64,000 nucleotides of DNA from a virus, in the IMG/VR virus record IMGVR_UViG_3300046096_000916, positions 3,012 to 67,011 of that record; one strand, written 5' to 3'. Numbering within the stretch: position 1 is the first letter of the stretch; the number at the start of each line of letters is the position of its first letter. The position numbers and the translations under genes are program-made. Positions 27,911 to 37,793 of the stretch are shown here, in pieces. The notes below the pieces were generated by a model. It was not told the DNA's origin and ran no database searches. It saw nothing but the letters and a program-made list of their open reading frames with translations.

Positions 27911-28303
27911 CTATTTTTTCTCGCCAGTCATTAATATTTCACCTACTTTTTTATCTATCTTAAATACTTTAGCTACATAATCAGGGATAGCACCGTCTTT
28001 TACACATTCCCAATAAATATCGATAGTATCTTGTTCTAACAGTTCGAAATCATCAGTTTCAGACTTAAAAGGTAAATAATCATCTAATCTGATATTATCC
28101 CGTCCACCTTGACTACTAAATGAGCTAAACCCTTGCTCTAATAAAATAGCTACTCTAGCTGTTGTACTAGAGATTAGATTGATTTTATTTCTATCTTGTT
28201 TTCTAATCTCTTTTAATAAATTCAAAATAAACCAAATTGGTTGTTTGAGATATTCCATATACCCTTCTTCAAGGGTCGCTTTATAAAAGCCATTAGCAAC
28301 CAA
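27911..28303 (-). CDS. tail assembly chaperone, frameshift extension (gpT-like)
   Basis: Immediately upstream of the tape-measure gene; -1 frame is open from the slippery site at 28396-28402. Confidence 0.75.
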   Translation of the reverse strand: MVANGFYKATLEEGYMEYLKQPIWFILNLLKEIRKQDRNKINLISSTTARVAILLEQGFSSFSSQGGRDNIRLDDYLPFKSETDDFELLEQDTIDIYWECVKDGAIPDYVAKVFKIDKKVGEILMTGEKK

Positions 28304-28326
28304 TGTATAAAATATCTCTTCAAAAT

Positions 28327-28962
28327 TTATTGAATTTCGATCTCGTTTGGCTTCTCTTCGATAGAAGTCAATTGACCCGTTGTGATGGTGGTAGTCTTTT
28401 TTTTCTCTCCTTCATTCGTCCAACCTGTTAATTCTCCATTAACAAATTCCATAATCTTATTATATAAACTGACAGGTAATTTTAAAGTATCTGTTAATTC
28501 CCATGCTGGATTAACTCGTAGTGACATAACCCCTGTGAAATTAGTAGCTTCTTTTGTAGCTTTCAACTGTGATTCTCTTAAAATCATTAATAATTGATGT
28601 AACTGTTCCGATTTTAATTTCGTCCATTTTGTGGTATCTTGTACAATTTGTTCTGCTTCTGCTTGAGAATAACCTTCTGCTAACAAATCACCAATAATAC
28701 TCATGTAATTACTCGCAGATTCTACACTCATTTGAGCTGTCTGTAACTCTTGAGTTTCCCCTACTAATAAACTATTTCGTTTAGGTAAAATCAAATGCCA
28801 TTCATTAACACCATCAGCGTTAGGTACTTCTTTAATTTTATTACTTTCGATTAATTTCTTGGCAGTGCTTTCATTTTCTGCTACACAACTACCTTCTGCT
28901 TCTGTAATTACGATATGGTATTCTTGATTAACTTTCGTGAATAAAGTATTGATGGTTGACAT
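28327..28962 (-). CDS. tail assembly chaperone (gpG-like)
   Basis: Between major tail and tape-measure genes; contains A AAA AAG near the 3' end. Confidence 0.75.
   Translation of the reverse strand: MSTINTLFTKVNQEYHIVITEAEGSCVAENESTAKKLIESNKIKEVPNADGVNEWHLILPKRNSLLVGETQELQTAQMSVESASNYMSIIGDLLAEGYSQAEAEQIVQDTTKWTKLKSEQLHQLLMILRESQLKATKEATNFTGVMSLRVNPAWELTDTLKLPVSLYNKIMEFVNGELTGWTNEGEKKKTTTITTGQLTSIEEKPNEIEIQ
28396..28402 (-). promoter_or_regulatory. -1 programmed ribosomal frameshift slippery site AAAAAAG
   Basis: -1 frame reads DYHHHNGSIDFYRREAKRDRNSINFEEIFYTLVANGF with no stop into 27911..28303. Confidence 0.8.
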
Positions 28963-29215
28963 AATTTTCTGCTATTCCTATTTGTAAATAATCTTTTTCT
29001 ACTACTATTAAATCTCTAGTTAAAAACCTGATTTCTTTTGGCAAATCAAGTTTACAGATTTCTATTTTCCTTTTATCCTGTAAGATGATAGGATTACTCC
29101 CTATCATCATTCTTAAATAACCCATCTGTATCTCTACATATTTTAAACACACTTTACAGTTAATCAAAAACATTCGAGGATTTGATGGGTCATCAACTAA
29201 ATAATCAAAATACAT
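28928..29215 (-). CDS. hypothetical protein in the tail operon
   Basis: 95-aa ORF coupled to the major tail gene. Confidence 0.55.
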   Translation of the reverse strand: MYFDYLVDDPSNPRMFLINCKVCLKYVEIQMGYLRMMIGSNPIILQDKRKIEICKLDLPKEIRFLTRDLIVVEKDYLQIGIAENYVNHQYFIHES

Positions 29216-30027
29216 TAAAAATCAGGGATCAGAATCGCATAAGGAACTGGGCGACCATCACCTGTTAAAGCGATACTCACTTTCTGATTTTCACCACGTG
29301 CATCAGTTACACTGGTATTTCCAATTGTTACCAACCCTTCACAAGCACTAGGTCCAGCACCATATTGTAATAAACCACCGTTACCATCAGCAAATTCATC
29401 AAAAGGAGCTTGAGTAATCATAATATATAATTTCCCCCAACCTTGACTTTTATCAAATAACAAAGGTAGGGATGGATCACTTCTTAATAACGCACCATTA
29501 AGATTACTCGTCCAAGAACGAGTAAACACATCTGATGTTTTCCAGGGTCCTTGTGCTTTATTTTGTGTCATGGCAGTATCCGCACTAGCTTGTGGGAAGG
29601 TTGCTTCTTCTACAAAGTTACAAGGACGTAAACCTTCATAAATTGCAGAGGTATTACCTGTTGTCCCCAGAGGAACTCCTACATAAGGAAGAATAGGAAC
29701 AGGAGTCAACGTAGTTGCTGGAATTACAGTATCTACGGTTGGAATAATAATCCCGTCAATTACATCACTTGTTCCTAAATCACTACCTACTGCGATAGGT
29801 ATTCTGGCATATAAAGTAATTGCTACGGGGCTTGTAATGTTAACAGTTTCAGCATTAGCGGGTATAGTCCCTACTGTTAATTCAATTTTCGTTGGTCGTT
29901 GTGCATTGTAAATAACAGGAGCAACAGCTACTTGAGTTAAATCACCCCTTGCATACGAGTTCCCTGTCTCGTCTCTACCTAATTGATACAATTTAGTGTC
30001 AGCGTAATCAGCTAAAATTGTAGCCAT
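29215..30027 (-). CDS. major tail (tube) protein, putative
   Basis: Beta-rich, RSWTSNLNG and VSIALTGDGRP C-terminal tail-tube pattern; synteny. Confidence 0.7.
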   Translation of the reverse strand: MATILADYADTKLYQLGRDETGNSYARGDLTQVAVAPVIYNAQRPTKIELTVGTIPANAETVNITSPVAITLYARIPIAVGSDLGTSDVIDGIIIPTVDTVIPATTLTPVPILPYVGVPLGTTGNTSAIYEGLRPCNFVEEATFPQASADTAMTQNKAQGPWKTSDVFTRSWTSNLNGALLRSDPSLPLLFDKSQGWGKLYIMITQAPFDEFADGNGGLLQYGAGPSACEGLVTIGNTSVTDARGENQKVSIALTGDGRPVPYAILIPDF

Positions 30028-30093
30028 ATTTTTTTTCTCTCTATCTATTAATATCCATATATCTAGTTTAACACATACGAAATTACAGTTATG

Positions 30094-30573
30094 TTACAGA
30101 AAATGTTGATCGTTAAATTGAGTTTGTGGGATATAAATAATAGTTCTAGGTGGTTCGATACCTTGTTTATTAGGTAATTGTATTGCATCTCTAATGGCTG
30201 GTTGTGACACTGGTCTCATATAACTAGGGAAGGTATAGAAATAATCGATTACATCAGTTAATCCATCGGTCGGATCATGTTGTATCAATAAAATCTCCCA
30301 GTATCTAGTATTTTTAGTATTGCCAAAATTTAAAAACTGAATATTTGTATTGGGTTCTGATTTAATGATACATTCGATACCTTTATTTTCTTTCATTTTA
30401 TAGGCGATCGCCTCTGTAACTCTAGGATAGTTAATTCTAATACTAGGAGTTTCACCTTTAACTACGCCATTAACTGATAATTCATAGACCCCTAAATAGT
30501 CAGCCAATAATATTTTAAAATTCTCAAGGTAAAATATACTACTTTGTTTTCTCGTTTTCATTTTCAACTCCAT
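30094..30573 (-). CDS. tail terminator/completion protein, putative
   Basis: Size and position upstream of the major tail gene. Confidence 0.45.
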   Translation of the reverse strand: MELKMKTRKQSSIFYLENFKILLADYLGVYELSVNGVVKGETPSIRINYPRVTEAIAYKMKENKGIECIIKSEPNTNIQFLNFGNTKNTRYWEILLIQHDPTDGLTDVIDYFYTFPSYMRPVSQPAIRDAIQLPNKQGIEPPRTIIYIPQTQFNDQHFL

Positions 30574-30578
30574 AAGAA

Positions 30579-30605
30579 AAAAAGAGGTTATAAAAGCCTC
30601 TTTTT
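30579..30605. terminator. hairpin terminator downstream of dnaN
   Basis: AAAAAGAGG/CCTCTTTTT stem with A and T tracts. Confidence 0.5.
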
Positions 30606-30614
30606 CTATTGTAA

Positions 30615-31880
30615 TTAATCTTTAATTTGAACTGGCATGACTAAAGTAAAAGCGTCAGGTTCACCTAAACCTGATATGATAACGGGCATATTAGGCTCGT
30701 TATATTTGATTTTTAATTCTCTTTTTTTGCAGACTTTGATGGCATCTAAGACATAACGATGATTAAACCCGATGTCAATAGTTTTAGTGACTTCACATTG
30801 AATAATAGCCTTCGCTTCTCCTAAATCTCTAGCAGTTGAAACTAACGTTAAAACTTGGTCGTCTCCATCCATTGAGAATTTAACCAGATTACTTTTCTGA
30901 TCTAATAATACAGAAATCTGGTCTAACCCTTTTGTAAATTTATCTTTATCGCAACAGACTTCCCCTTTAAACTCTTTAGGGATTAATTGTTCATACTTAG
31001 GAAAACTACCTGTCAAGATACGGCTATTTATTAAAGTATCTTTTAACTGAAAAGATAAATATTTATCATCGTATTTGAGTGTAACAGTTTGATCTTCTTT
31101 ACTATTCAAAATACTTAATAGATTAGCTAATTCATCTCCTTTAATTGTCACTTGTAATCCATCATTTATTATTTCTTCTTTTTTCTCACTCTCTTCAAGA
31201 TTATCTATATCTTGATCATCTTGAGTATTTTCTGGCAAATCAAAATTATTATCTTCTAATTCTGAAAAAGGTTCTTCTATAGCCTCTTTTTCTTCAATGA
31301 TCAAAGCTTCATCTAAAGTAATACAAGATAGACGATGTCCATCGGTACTTGCCAAAGTTAATTGATTATCTCTATTAATTTTGAAATTCACCCCTGTTAA
31401 CACGTTTTTAGTTTCATCTTTAGCACAAGATGGTAAAACATGAGCTAAACCTCTTTTTAGACTGGTCACATCTAAATCTATAGCTATTTCTCCTTTTATT
31501 TCTTGAATAGTATTCGGGTATTCATCGTAAGACATTCCTTTAAGATGATACTTGCCATTAAAACTATGAATAGCAATAGTGGGATTATCTTCGTCTTCAT
31601 CTTCACAGGCGATCGCCAATTCCCCATCAGGTAATTTTTGAACCATATCTTTGAAGATTTTATAAGGTACAGTAATAGCACCATCTCCGCCGATCTCACA
31701 TTCAAATTCACTTTTAATAGTGAAGTATAAATTAGACCCCGTTAAAATCAATCTATTATTTTCTATATCTGTTTTGATAGCTACATTAGTCAATACTTGA
31801 TGTGTGGCTCTAGCTGGTACTGCTAACCCGATAGAAATTAAATTACTTACTAAATCTGATCTCTGACATTTGAATTGCAT
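30615..31880 (-). CDS. dnaN: DNA polymerase III beta sliding clamp
   Basis: VLTGVNF..LTLASTDGHRLS, SRILTGSFPKYEQLIP, IGFNHRYVLDAI, LVMPVQI. Confidence 0.95.
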   Translation of the reverse strand: MQFKCQRSDLVSNLISIGLAVPARATHQVLTNVAIKTDIENNRLILTGSNLYFTIKSEFECEIGGDGAITVPYKIFKDMVQKLPDGELAIACEDEDEDNPTIAIHSFNGKYHLKGMSYDEYPNTIQEIKGEIAIDLDVTSLKRGLAHVLPSCAKDETKNVLTGVNFKINRDNQLTLASTDGHRLSCITLDEALIIEEKEAIEEPFSELEDNNFDLPENTQDDQDIDNLEESEKKEEIINDGLQVTIKGDELANLLSILNSKEDQTVTLKYDDKYLSFQLKDTLINSRILTGSFPKYEQLIPKEFKGEVCCDKDKFTKGLDQISVLLDQKSNLVKFSMDGDDQVLTLVSTARDLGEAKAIIQCEVTKTIDIGFNHRYVLDAIKVCKKRELKIKYNEPNMPVIISGLGEPDAFTLVMPVQIKD

Positions 31881-31889
31881 ATTTTCTCC

Positions 31890-32282
31890 TTAAATTATTT
31901 TAGTGTTTAATATTTTGCCAAAAGAAGCCAAAAAGCCTAATGGTCTAGATTCTGGTAATTGATAACCTAATTGATTAACAATAAATTCTTTTTTCTGTAA
32001 ATAATCTAATATTTGATTGATGTCTTGAATAGTAAAATAATGGGGGGAAATCGCACTCCATGTATCATTAGCTGTCTCTAATAATAAATAATTAGTTGGG
32101 CTATCTAAATTATTAACTTCACAGTAAGATAAGTAAGTTTGTATAAAACTACTTAACCAACGTTTTGGTTTGTGGTGACAATTTTTAAAATGTACGAAAT
32201 AATCTCCATAATTAGTGACTATTTGTTTTGCAGGTACTCTTTCATCACCTATAAATAAATCTTTTGCCTTATATTTGTTCAT
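31890..32282 (-). CDS. hypothetical protein
   Basis: 130-aa ORF in an operon with dnaN. Confidence 0.6.
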   Translation of the reverse strand: MNKYKAKDLFIGDERVPAKQIVTNYGDYFVHFKNCHHKPKRWLSSFIQTYLSYCEVNNLDSPTNYLLLETANDTWSAISPHYFTIQDINQILDYLQKKEFIVNQLGYQLPESRPLGFLASFGKILNTKII

Positions 32283-33009
32283 ACTGTGCTAACTCCTTTT
32301 CCGTAAGAAAAACAATATTATTATTTGTAGTATCACGACAGCGATAATGATCATCAAGACAAGAAGCCATACTAATCACTTTCATTCCGCCTACCATTTC
32401 ACTGTTCCTATATTTAGGACAAAAAAGATAGCTTTTAGCCCTTAGACTAGGATGTGTCAAAGATTCAAATTTCTGTTTATCTTCTTCATTGAGATTGTTA
32501 TAGTCGACAAACCACTTCCATCTAATCTCTTCCATTAATTTCTGAATTTCTGAGAATAAAGATTCACTTCCGACTGGTAGATCAGGGTGGACTTCTTTTA
32601 TCTTTTTGCGATATTGGTGTGACAACGTTTCCTGATCAAAATAACTTAATCCCAATAAATCTTCAATATCCCGTTTTGCACCTAGTGAAATAGTTTCTTT
32701 TTCTAACTCTAACTCTAAGTCGACAATTTTATTTGCTTTTGGATTAGTCTGAGTATTTGTAAAAGGTTCACTATCACCTGTTAAAAGTAAAGGTTTCGTT
32801 TCTTCTTTTTTTAAATAATCATAAGTTATGACCCCTACTAGTATGACTACACTTACTGGCGGTTCTACTATAAATTTAGTTACATCAAACAGCCCCTTCA
32901 ATGTCTTCCCTAGAAGCCGTCCGCCCTTTTCACAGACTCCTACAATACCACCGTTTTTTTTGAATAATTTTATTGGTTTATTTATTTTCTCCAATAAAGT
33001 TTTTTTCAT
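32269..33009 (-). CDS. membrane-anchored J-domain-like protein
   Basis: Hydrophobic segment VSVVILVGVI, then LLGL...YRKKIKEVHPD..GSESLFSEIQ (HPD motif). Confidence 0.65.
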   Translation of the reverse strand: MKKTLLEKINKPIKLFKKNGGIVGVCEKGGRLLGKTLKGLFDVTKFIVEPPVSVVILVGVITYDYLKKEETKPLLLTGDSEPFTNTQTNPKANKIVDLELELEKETISLGAKRDIEDLLGLSYFDQETLSHQYRKKIKEVHPDLPVGSESLFSEIQKLMEEIRWKWFVDYNNLNEEDKQKFESLTHPSLRAKSYLFCPKYRNSEMVGGMKVISMASCLDDHYRCRDTTNNNIVFLTEKELAQYEQI

Positions 33010-33187
33010 ATTTCTTACTGTAGTATATTTTCTTTATCTTATCTTAAAGGAAGATAAATTGCAATTTTTCTTGTAAACTTTTCTCTTATTTTTTCTTTTT
33101 TTTATTGCTTTATTCTTCTCTATAAACAAAGTGTAACATAAATGTAATTTACAATATGTTAAGATGTGATCAACATGGGAAAAGAAA

Positions 33188-33580
33188 ATGGAGAGATTAA
33201 CTGCCAAGCAAGAAACTCTAATCAATGAGCTTTTAAACGGATATTCATGGGAATCAACAAAAGAGAAGCATAAGTTGACTTGGAAACAAATAAATCAATT
33301 AAGGGAAAATAATTTATTTGTAGAGGAGTTAAAAAAGAAGCAAAGGATTTTATTTACTGAAACTAATAATCATAGTCATCTTTATATTACGGATGCGTTA
33401 AAAGCATTACAGTTATTAACGAAAACGTCAAAGAATGAAAGAATAAAATTAGAAGCAGCCACAAGGTTAATTAAAGCTGTCCATGAAAATATTGATATAA
33501 TCTCTACCTTAAATACACGAACCGAAATAGATGACATAAAGAAACAATTAAGTCTCGAATTGGAGTTAGATAATGAATAA
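33188..33580 (+). CDS. terminase small subunit, putative
   Basis: LTAKQE HTH-like N-terminus, ERIKLEAATRLI motif, overlaps the terL start. Confidence 0.6.
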   Translation: MERLTAKQETLINELLNGYSWESTKEKHKLTWKQINQLRENNLFVEELKKKQRILFTETNNHSHLYITDALKALQLLTKTSKNERIKLEAATRLIKAVHENIDIISTLNTRTEIDDIKKQLSLELELDNE

Positions 33581-35078
33581 ATTAAATCAACTCAACAAAA
33601 AAGATTTACTTTTTCTTAAGAAATACAAAGAGGATCGAGGCACTACTAAACCAAAAATAGTCATCCCTACTGACTGGGTGCAATTTTGCTCTCTTCTGGA
33701 GGTACAATCTGGTAATAGATATGTAAAATTAATTCCCTACGATTATCAAATTGATCTTTATAATACCATTGAATCTCATAACTTTACCTTAGTAGTGAAA
33801 TCCCGTCAGATGGGTTTTTCTATGACTGTTATTCTTATCTTTCTTTTCAAAGCCATACATAATCCAGCCTATAAAGCCATTGTTTTCTCTAAAGGACAAA
33901 AAGATACTTCAGAGTTAGCAAGGCGTATGAGGGTACTTATAGATGCGTTACAGAAATATGGTATTGCTCAAACTGAAAATAGTAACTTTCAAAATATTTC
34001 TTTTAAAAACGGTGGTAATATTTATTTCTTAAATTCAAAACCAGATGCAGGTCGTGGTATCGATTCAGTTTCTGATATATTTTATGATGAGGCTGGGTTT
34101 GTAGATAAAATAGAAATGACTTTTGAAAATAATATACCATCTCAAGAAATGGTGGGAAACCAAGCCCGTACTATCATAGGGTCAACTCCTAATGGTCAAG
34201 CTGGTTGGTATTATCAAAAATTGATGTCAGATAATCCTGAAGATAAAAACCCTTTAGAGATTATTGAAAAAGTTAGATCAGGTGCTTTACTTCCTACTCA
34301 AATATGGACTGATAACAGTGGGTGGGCAAAATATGTTACCCATTGGAAGGCACACCCTATTTATAGTCAACAAGAAAATTATTTAGAAAATATTGCTAAG
34401 AAAAAAAAAGTCTCCTTAGAATCTGTTAAACAAGAGTATGATTTATGTTTTAATAGTGCCGCTTCGATGGTTTTTTTATCTGAATTAGTTAAGTCAACTT
34501 GTATTCTTAAACAACTTGATGATATTCCTAAAGAAAGTAGCGATTATTATATTACTTTAGATACAGCAACGATAGGGAAGGATTATGTAGTAGCTATGGT
34601 TTTTGAATCAAGAGATAATCATTATTACCAATCAGAAATTTATCGAAAAAGAGAAAAGCCCTCAGAATATCATATTTACCAAGTATCTGAATTAATCGAT
34701 AAATATAAACCAATAAAAGTAGGTATTGAGATAACTGGAGGTGTTGGACAAGTCTATCTTGAAAGATTACAAATACAACACCCTGACATTACTTTTGTTA
34801 AAATTAGAACAACGGGGGAATCAAAACCTATGATGATCGAAAGATTAAATATGTTGTTAGAGCAACATAAATTATCTTTGGCTGATAGTGCAATGATTAG
34901 AGATGAGTTTTTATCATTTCAAAAAAAAGAAGATGGTAAAATGGAAGCTGTCAGTGGCAGTCATGACGACATCGTTATGGCGACAGCTTTTCTCACCATG
35001 ATAATTGAAGATTTCATCTATTATAAATACGCTGATTTATCTTTACCAACTGCTCAAAAAGATTTAATTTTATATTAA
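33573..35078 (+). CDS. terL: terminase large subunit
   Basis: KSRQMGFS Walker A, IFYDEAGF Walker B, STPNG coupling motif, HDDIVMA nuclease motif. Confidence 0.93.
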   Translation: MNKLNQLNKKDLLFLKKYKEDRGTTKPKIVIPTDWVQFCSLLEVQSGNRYVKLIPYDYQIDLYNTIESHNFTLVVKSRQMGFSMTVILIFLFKAIHNPAYKAIVFSKGQKDTSELARRMRVLIDALQKYGIAQTENSNFQNISFKNGGNIYFLNSKPDAGRGIDSVSDIFYDEAGFVDKIEMTFENNIPSQEMVGNQARTIIGSTPNGQAGWYYQKLMSDNPEDKNPLEIIEKVRSGALLPTQIWTDNSGWAKYVTHWKAHPIYSQQENYLENIAKKKKVSLESVKQEYDLCFNSAASMVFLSELVKSTCILKQLDDIPKESSDYYITLDTATIGKDYVVAMVFESRDNHYYQSEIYRKREKPSEYHIYQVSELIDKYKPIKVGIEITGGVGQVYLERLQIQHPDITFVKIRTTGESKPMMIERLNMLLEQHKLSLADSAMIRDEFLSFQKKEDGKMEAVSGSHDDIVMATAFLTMIIEDFIYYKYADLSLPTAQKDLILY

Positions 35079-35079
35079 A

Positions 35080-35538
35080 ATGAATACCGAAAAATATATT
35101 GCTTTTATTCACTTTGACGGGTTATTTACTTTCTATTTAAGTTTGGCATTATCTGATAAAAATTATCTTCATGTTATAGATATATATGATTTTAATTACG
35201 AAAATCTCATAGAATTTATCAATAAGTTAACGATAGATATTAAATATTTTACTAATCTGTTACCACAAGAAACTTTATTTAAAACTCTTAAATCTGCCAT
35301 TTCTACTTTAAAAAGTGTTCAATTAAATAAAGATCAGAAAACACTTTACCAAGATTATTACGCCTCTACTAATACGGGTTTTATTCAATATAATCGGGGG
35401 TTGCGAGATAAAATAATAGAATGGACAAAAATTATTGATCAAGAAAAATTTATCTACGCTCCTCAATTAATTAGTCTTATGTATCTTACTGCTATTAAAA
35501 ATAAACCTATTACTTGTTTTGATCGTTTAATCGTATGA
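35080..35538 (+). CDS. hypothetical protein
   Basis: 152-aa ORF coupled to terL. Confidence 0.6.
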   Translation: MNTEKYIAFIHFDGLFTFYLSLALSDKNYLHVIDIYDFNYENLIEFINKLTIDIKYFTNLLPQETLFKTLKSAISTLKSVQLNKDQKTLYQDYYASTNTGFIQYNRGLRDKIIEWTKIIDQEKFIYAPQLISLMYLTAIKNKPITCFDRLIV

Positions 35539-35957
35539 AAAATAGAAATTTACCAGCCCGTGATGACTGGCAAACCCCAAAAGAAATATATCAAAAATTA
35601 AATACAGAGTTTCAATTTGATTTTGATCCTTGCCCTTTACTCAATGAGTTTGACGGTTTGACCATTGATTGGCAACAGAGTAATTTCATTAATCCTCCCT
35701 ATTCACTCAAATTAAAACAGGCCTTTGTTTTAAAAGCCATTGAGGAAAGTAAAAAAGGTAAATTATGCGTTATGTTATTACCCGTTTCTACTAGCACTAA
35801 ACTATTTCATAATCATATTTTGCCTAATGCCTCTGAAATTAGATTTATTGAAAAAAGAATTAAGTTTATAGGTATAAATACTAAAGGTGAATATGTCACT
35901 ACTAAAACGCCTATGCACGACAGTATGGTCGTTGTTTTCAGAGGTAATCAATGTTAG
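35535..35957 (+). CDS. phage DNA N6-adenine methyltransferase
   Basis: DDWQTPKE..FDFDPC..FINPPYS..VMLLPVSTST..IRFIEKRIKF. Confidence 0.88.
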   Translation: MKNRNLPARDDWQTPKEIYQKLNTEFQFDFDPCPLLNEFDGLTIDWQQSNFINPPYSLKLKQAFVLKAIEESKKGKLCVMLLPVSTSTKLFHNHILPNASEIRFIEKRIKFIGINTKGEYVTTKTPMHDSMVVVFRGNQC

Positions 35958-36343
35958 TAATACCTATTACCCCTATGGGAAAACCTAGAATGACAAGAGC
36001 CGATAAATGGAAACGAAGAGATTGTGTAACCCGTTATTGGGAGTTTGGCGATCGCCTTCGTGAACATTTAACTGAAATACCCCAACCTTGTTCAATGGTA
36101 TTTGTGTTTCCTATGCCTAAAACATGGAGTAAAAAGAAAAAAGAATTAATGAGAGGAAAGCCTCATCAACAAAAACCTGATATAGATAATTGTGAAAAGG
36201 CTATCTTAGATTCTATTTATAAAGATGATGCTCACGTCTGGAATATTCACCATCTCAAAGTTTGGGGGGATGAAGGTAAAATATTAATTAAACCGATCAG
36301 TATTAATGAAAGTTTAATGAGTGAAATCAGGGATTGTCTTTGA
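35951..36343 (+). CDS. rusA: RusA-like Holliday junction resolvase
   Basis: PMGKPRMT, FPMPKTWSKKKK, KPDIDN..KAILD..DD. Confidence 0.88.
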   Translation: MLVIPITPMGKPRMTRADKWKRRDCVTRYWEFGDRLREHLTEIPQPCSMVFVFPMPKTWSKKKKELMRGKPHQQKPDIDNCEKAILDSIYKDDAHVWNIHHLKVWGDEGKILIKPISINESLMSEIRDCL

Positions 36344-36354
36344 CACTCCTTTAT

Positions 36355-36741
36355 TTATTCGGCAACAGCATCTAAATAAACACTAATGCTATTCTCGAAA
36401 TATTCACTTCGAGGTGTAAGACAAGTCGTTATAATACCTTCCGATTGAATCTTTAAACGACATTCTGAAAAATAAATCACAATGTATATTTTCCCATCGG
36501 AATAATATACATTGTCAATGAATTCAATAACATCACCTATTATTTCGTTTAAACTCTCTACGACTCTAAAAGAAGAGTGGCTTTCATTAAAAGCATAAAG
36601 CTCAACATCACAAAACTCTTTATCGGAAGTGACAGTGAAAATTTCATTCTCTAACTGAAAGGTTAATTCTTTTTTTATTATACTAAGCCCTTCGATACGC
36701 TTTCCTTGTAATTTATCTAAATTCTCTTTGTTTATTTCCAT
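36355..36741 (-). CDS. hypothetical protein
   Basis: 128-aa ORF. Confidence 0.55.
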   Translation of the reverse strand: MEINKENLDKLQGKRIEGLSIIKKELTFQLENEIFTVTSDKEFCDVELYAFNESHSSFRVVESLNEIIGDVIEFIDNVYYSDGKIYIVIYFSECRLKIQSEGIITTCLTPRSEYFENSISVYLDAVAE

Positions 36742-36830
36742 AAAACTCTTTATTAGTTATTCGGTTATCTTTAATTTATTGTAAATCATAATTTGTTATA
36801 ATACAATTGTAACTGTTAATATTACATCTT

Positions 36831-37130
36831 ATGAAAAAGAAAATTGAGGATATAGAAATGGTAGTAGATGGAACAACCGTAGAACAAACACCAGTAGTAG
36901 AAACCCAAGCTGTAAGTACTTCTGTAGTTACTCCAGCTTTTACAGCTACTAAAACTATTAGAGAAGGTTTAAAATCTTATGAGGTGGATGCCCCTAAAGA
37001 TGGTAAAGCTAAATTGACAGTATCTAGTGATTTAGGAACAGGGAAGACAAAAACTACTATTAAATTAATTGACTTGTCAGAAGCCGAATTTGCGGACGAG
37101 GCACTGTTAAAAGCTAAATTAATCAAATAA
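36831..37130 (+). CDS. hypothetical protein
   Basis: 99-aa ORF followed by a strong terminator. Confidence 0.65.
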   Translation: MKKKIEDIEMVVDGTTVEQTPVVETQAVSTSVVTPAFTATKTIREGLKSYEVDAPKDGKAKLTVSSDLGTGKTKTTIKLIDLSEAEFADEALLKAKLIK

Positions 37131-37162
37131 TTTAAAAGGTCGGGGAAACCCGACCTTTTAAA
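37131..37162. terminator. bidirectional intrinsic terminator
   Basis: TTTAAAAGGTCGGG-GAAA-CCCGACCTTTTAAA between convergent genes. Confidence 0.88.
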
Positions 37163-37164
37163 AA

Positions 37165-37728
37165 CTAACTGACTGAAGACAATAAATAAAGATTAGATTT
37201 AAAAGAATTAATTATCTCAACTAATTTCTCAAAACTAAATTTTTCTCGTAATTTCTTGGCGACTGTATTCCTGGTATTTATTCGTATAGAAATGTCACAG
37301 ATTATTTTTAATTTTTTAAACTCTGCTTCATCTAAACTGTTAATTATATCTTCAAATTTATCAAGGCCACTTGACTGCACTATTAAAGGTGGTGTCAAAT
37401 CTTCTTCTATGTCTGCATGAAGAAAACGATCACTTTGAGATAATTCTACATAATTATCTTTAACATTTTCTGCCAAGTCTTCTATCTTTTCTTTTACACC
37501 ATCAAGAAATTCAATAGGAAAAACTCCTGTACAATCTTTGAGTAATTTCTCACCTTCTTTAAGCCATTTATTAACCTCATTTTCTGCTGTCTTTTGAGCT
37601 TGTGCTAATTGTTGCTCAACTCGTAATGACTGTTTTAACTCATTTAATTGAAGTTGAATTGACTCAATCGTAGCAAGTGTTTGATCTAATTTCTGAGCTT
37701 GATTCTCAATTATATTTTTTATTTGCAT
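37165..37728 (-). CDS. coiled-coil hypothetical protein
   Basis: 187-aa ORF with heptad-rich N-terminus. Confidence 0.65.
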   Translation of the reverse strand: MQIKNIIENQAQKLDQTLATIESIQLQLNELKQSLRVEQQLAQAQKTAENEVNKWLKEGEKLLKDCTGVFPIEFLDGVKEKIEDLAENVKDNYVELSQSDRFLHADIEEDLTPPLIVQSSGLDKFEDIINSLDEAEFKKLKIICDISIRINTRNTVAKKLREKFSFEKLVEIINSFKSNLYLLSSVS

Positions 37729-37793
37729 TTTCTTTATCTGTTTTGTTTGTTATATCAAATTATAACATATTCTCTGTACTTTTAGTACATATT

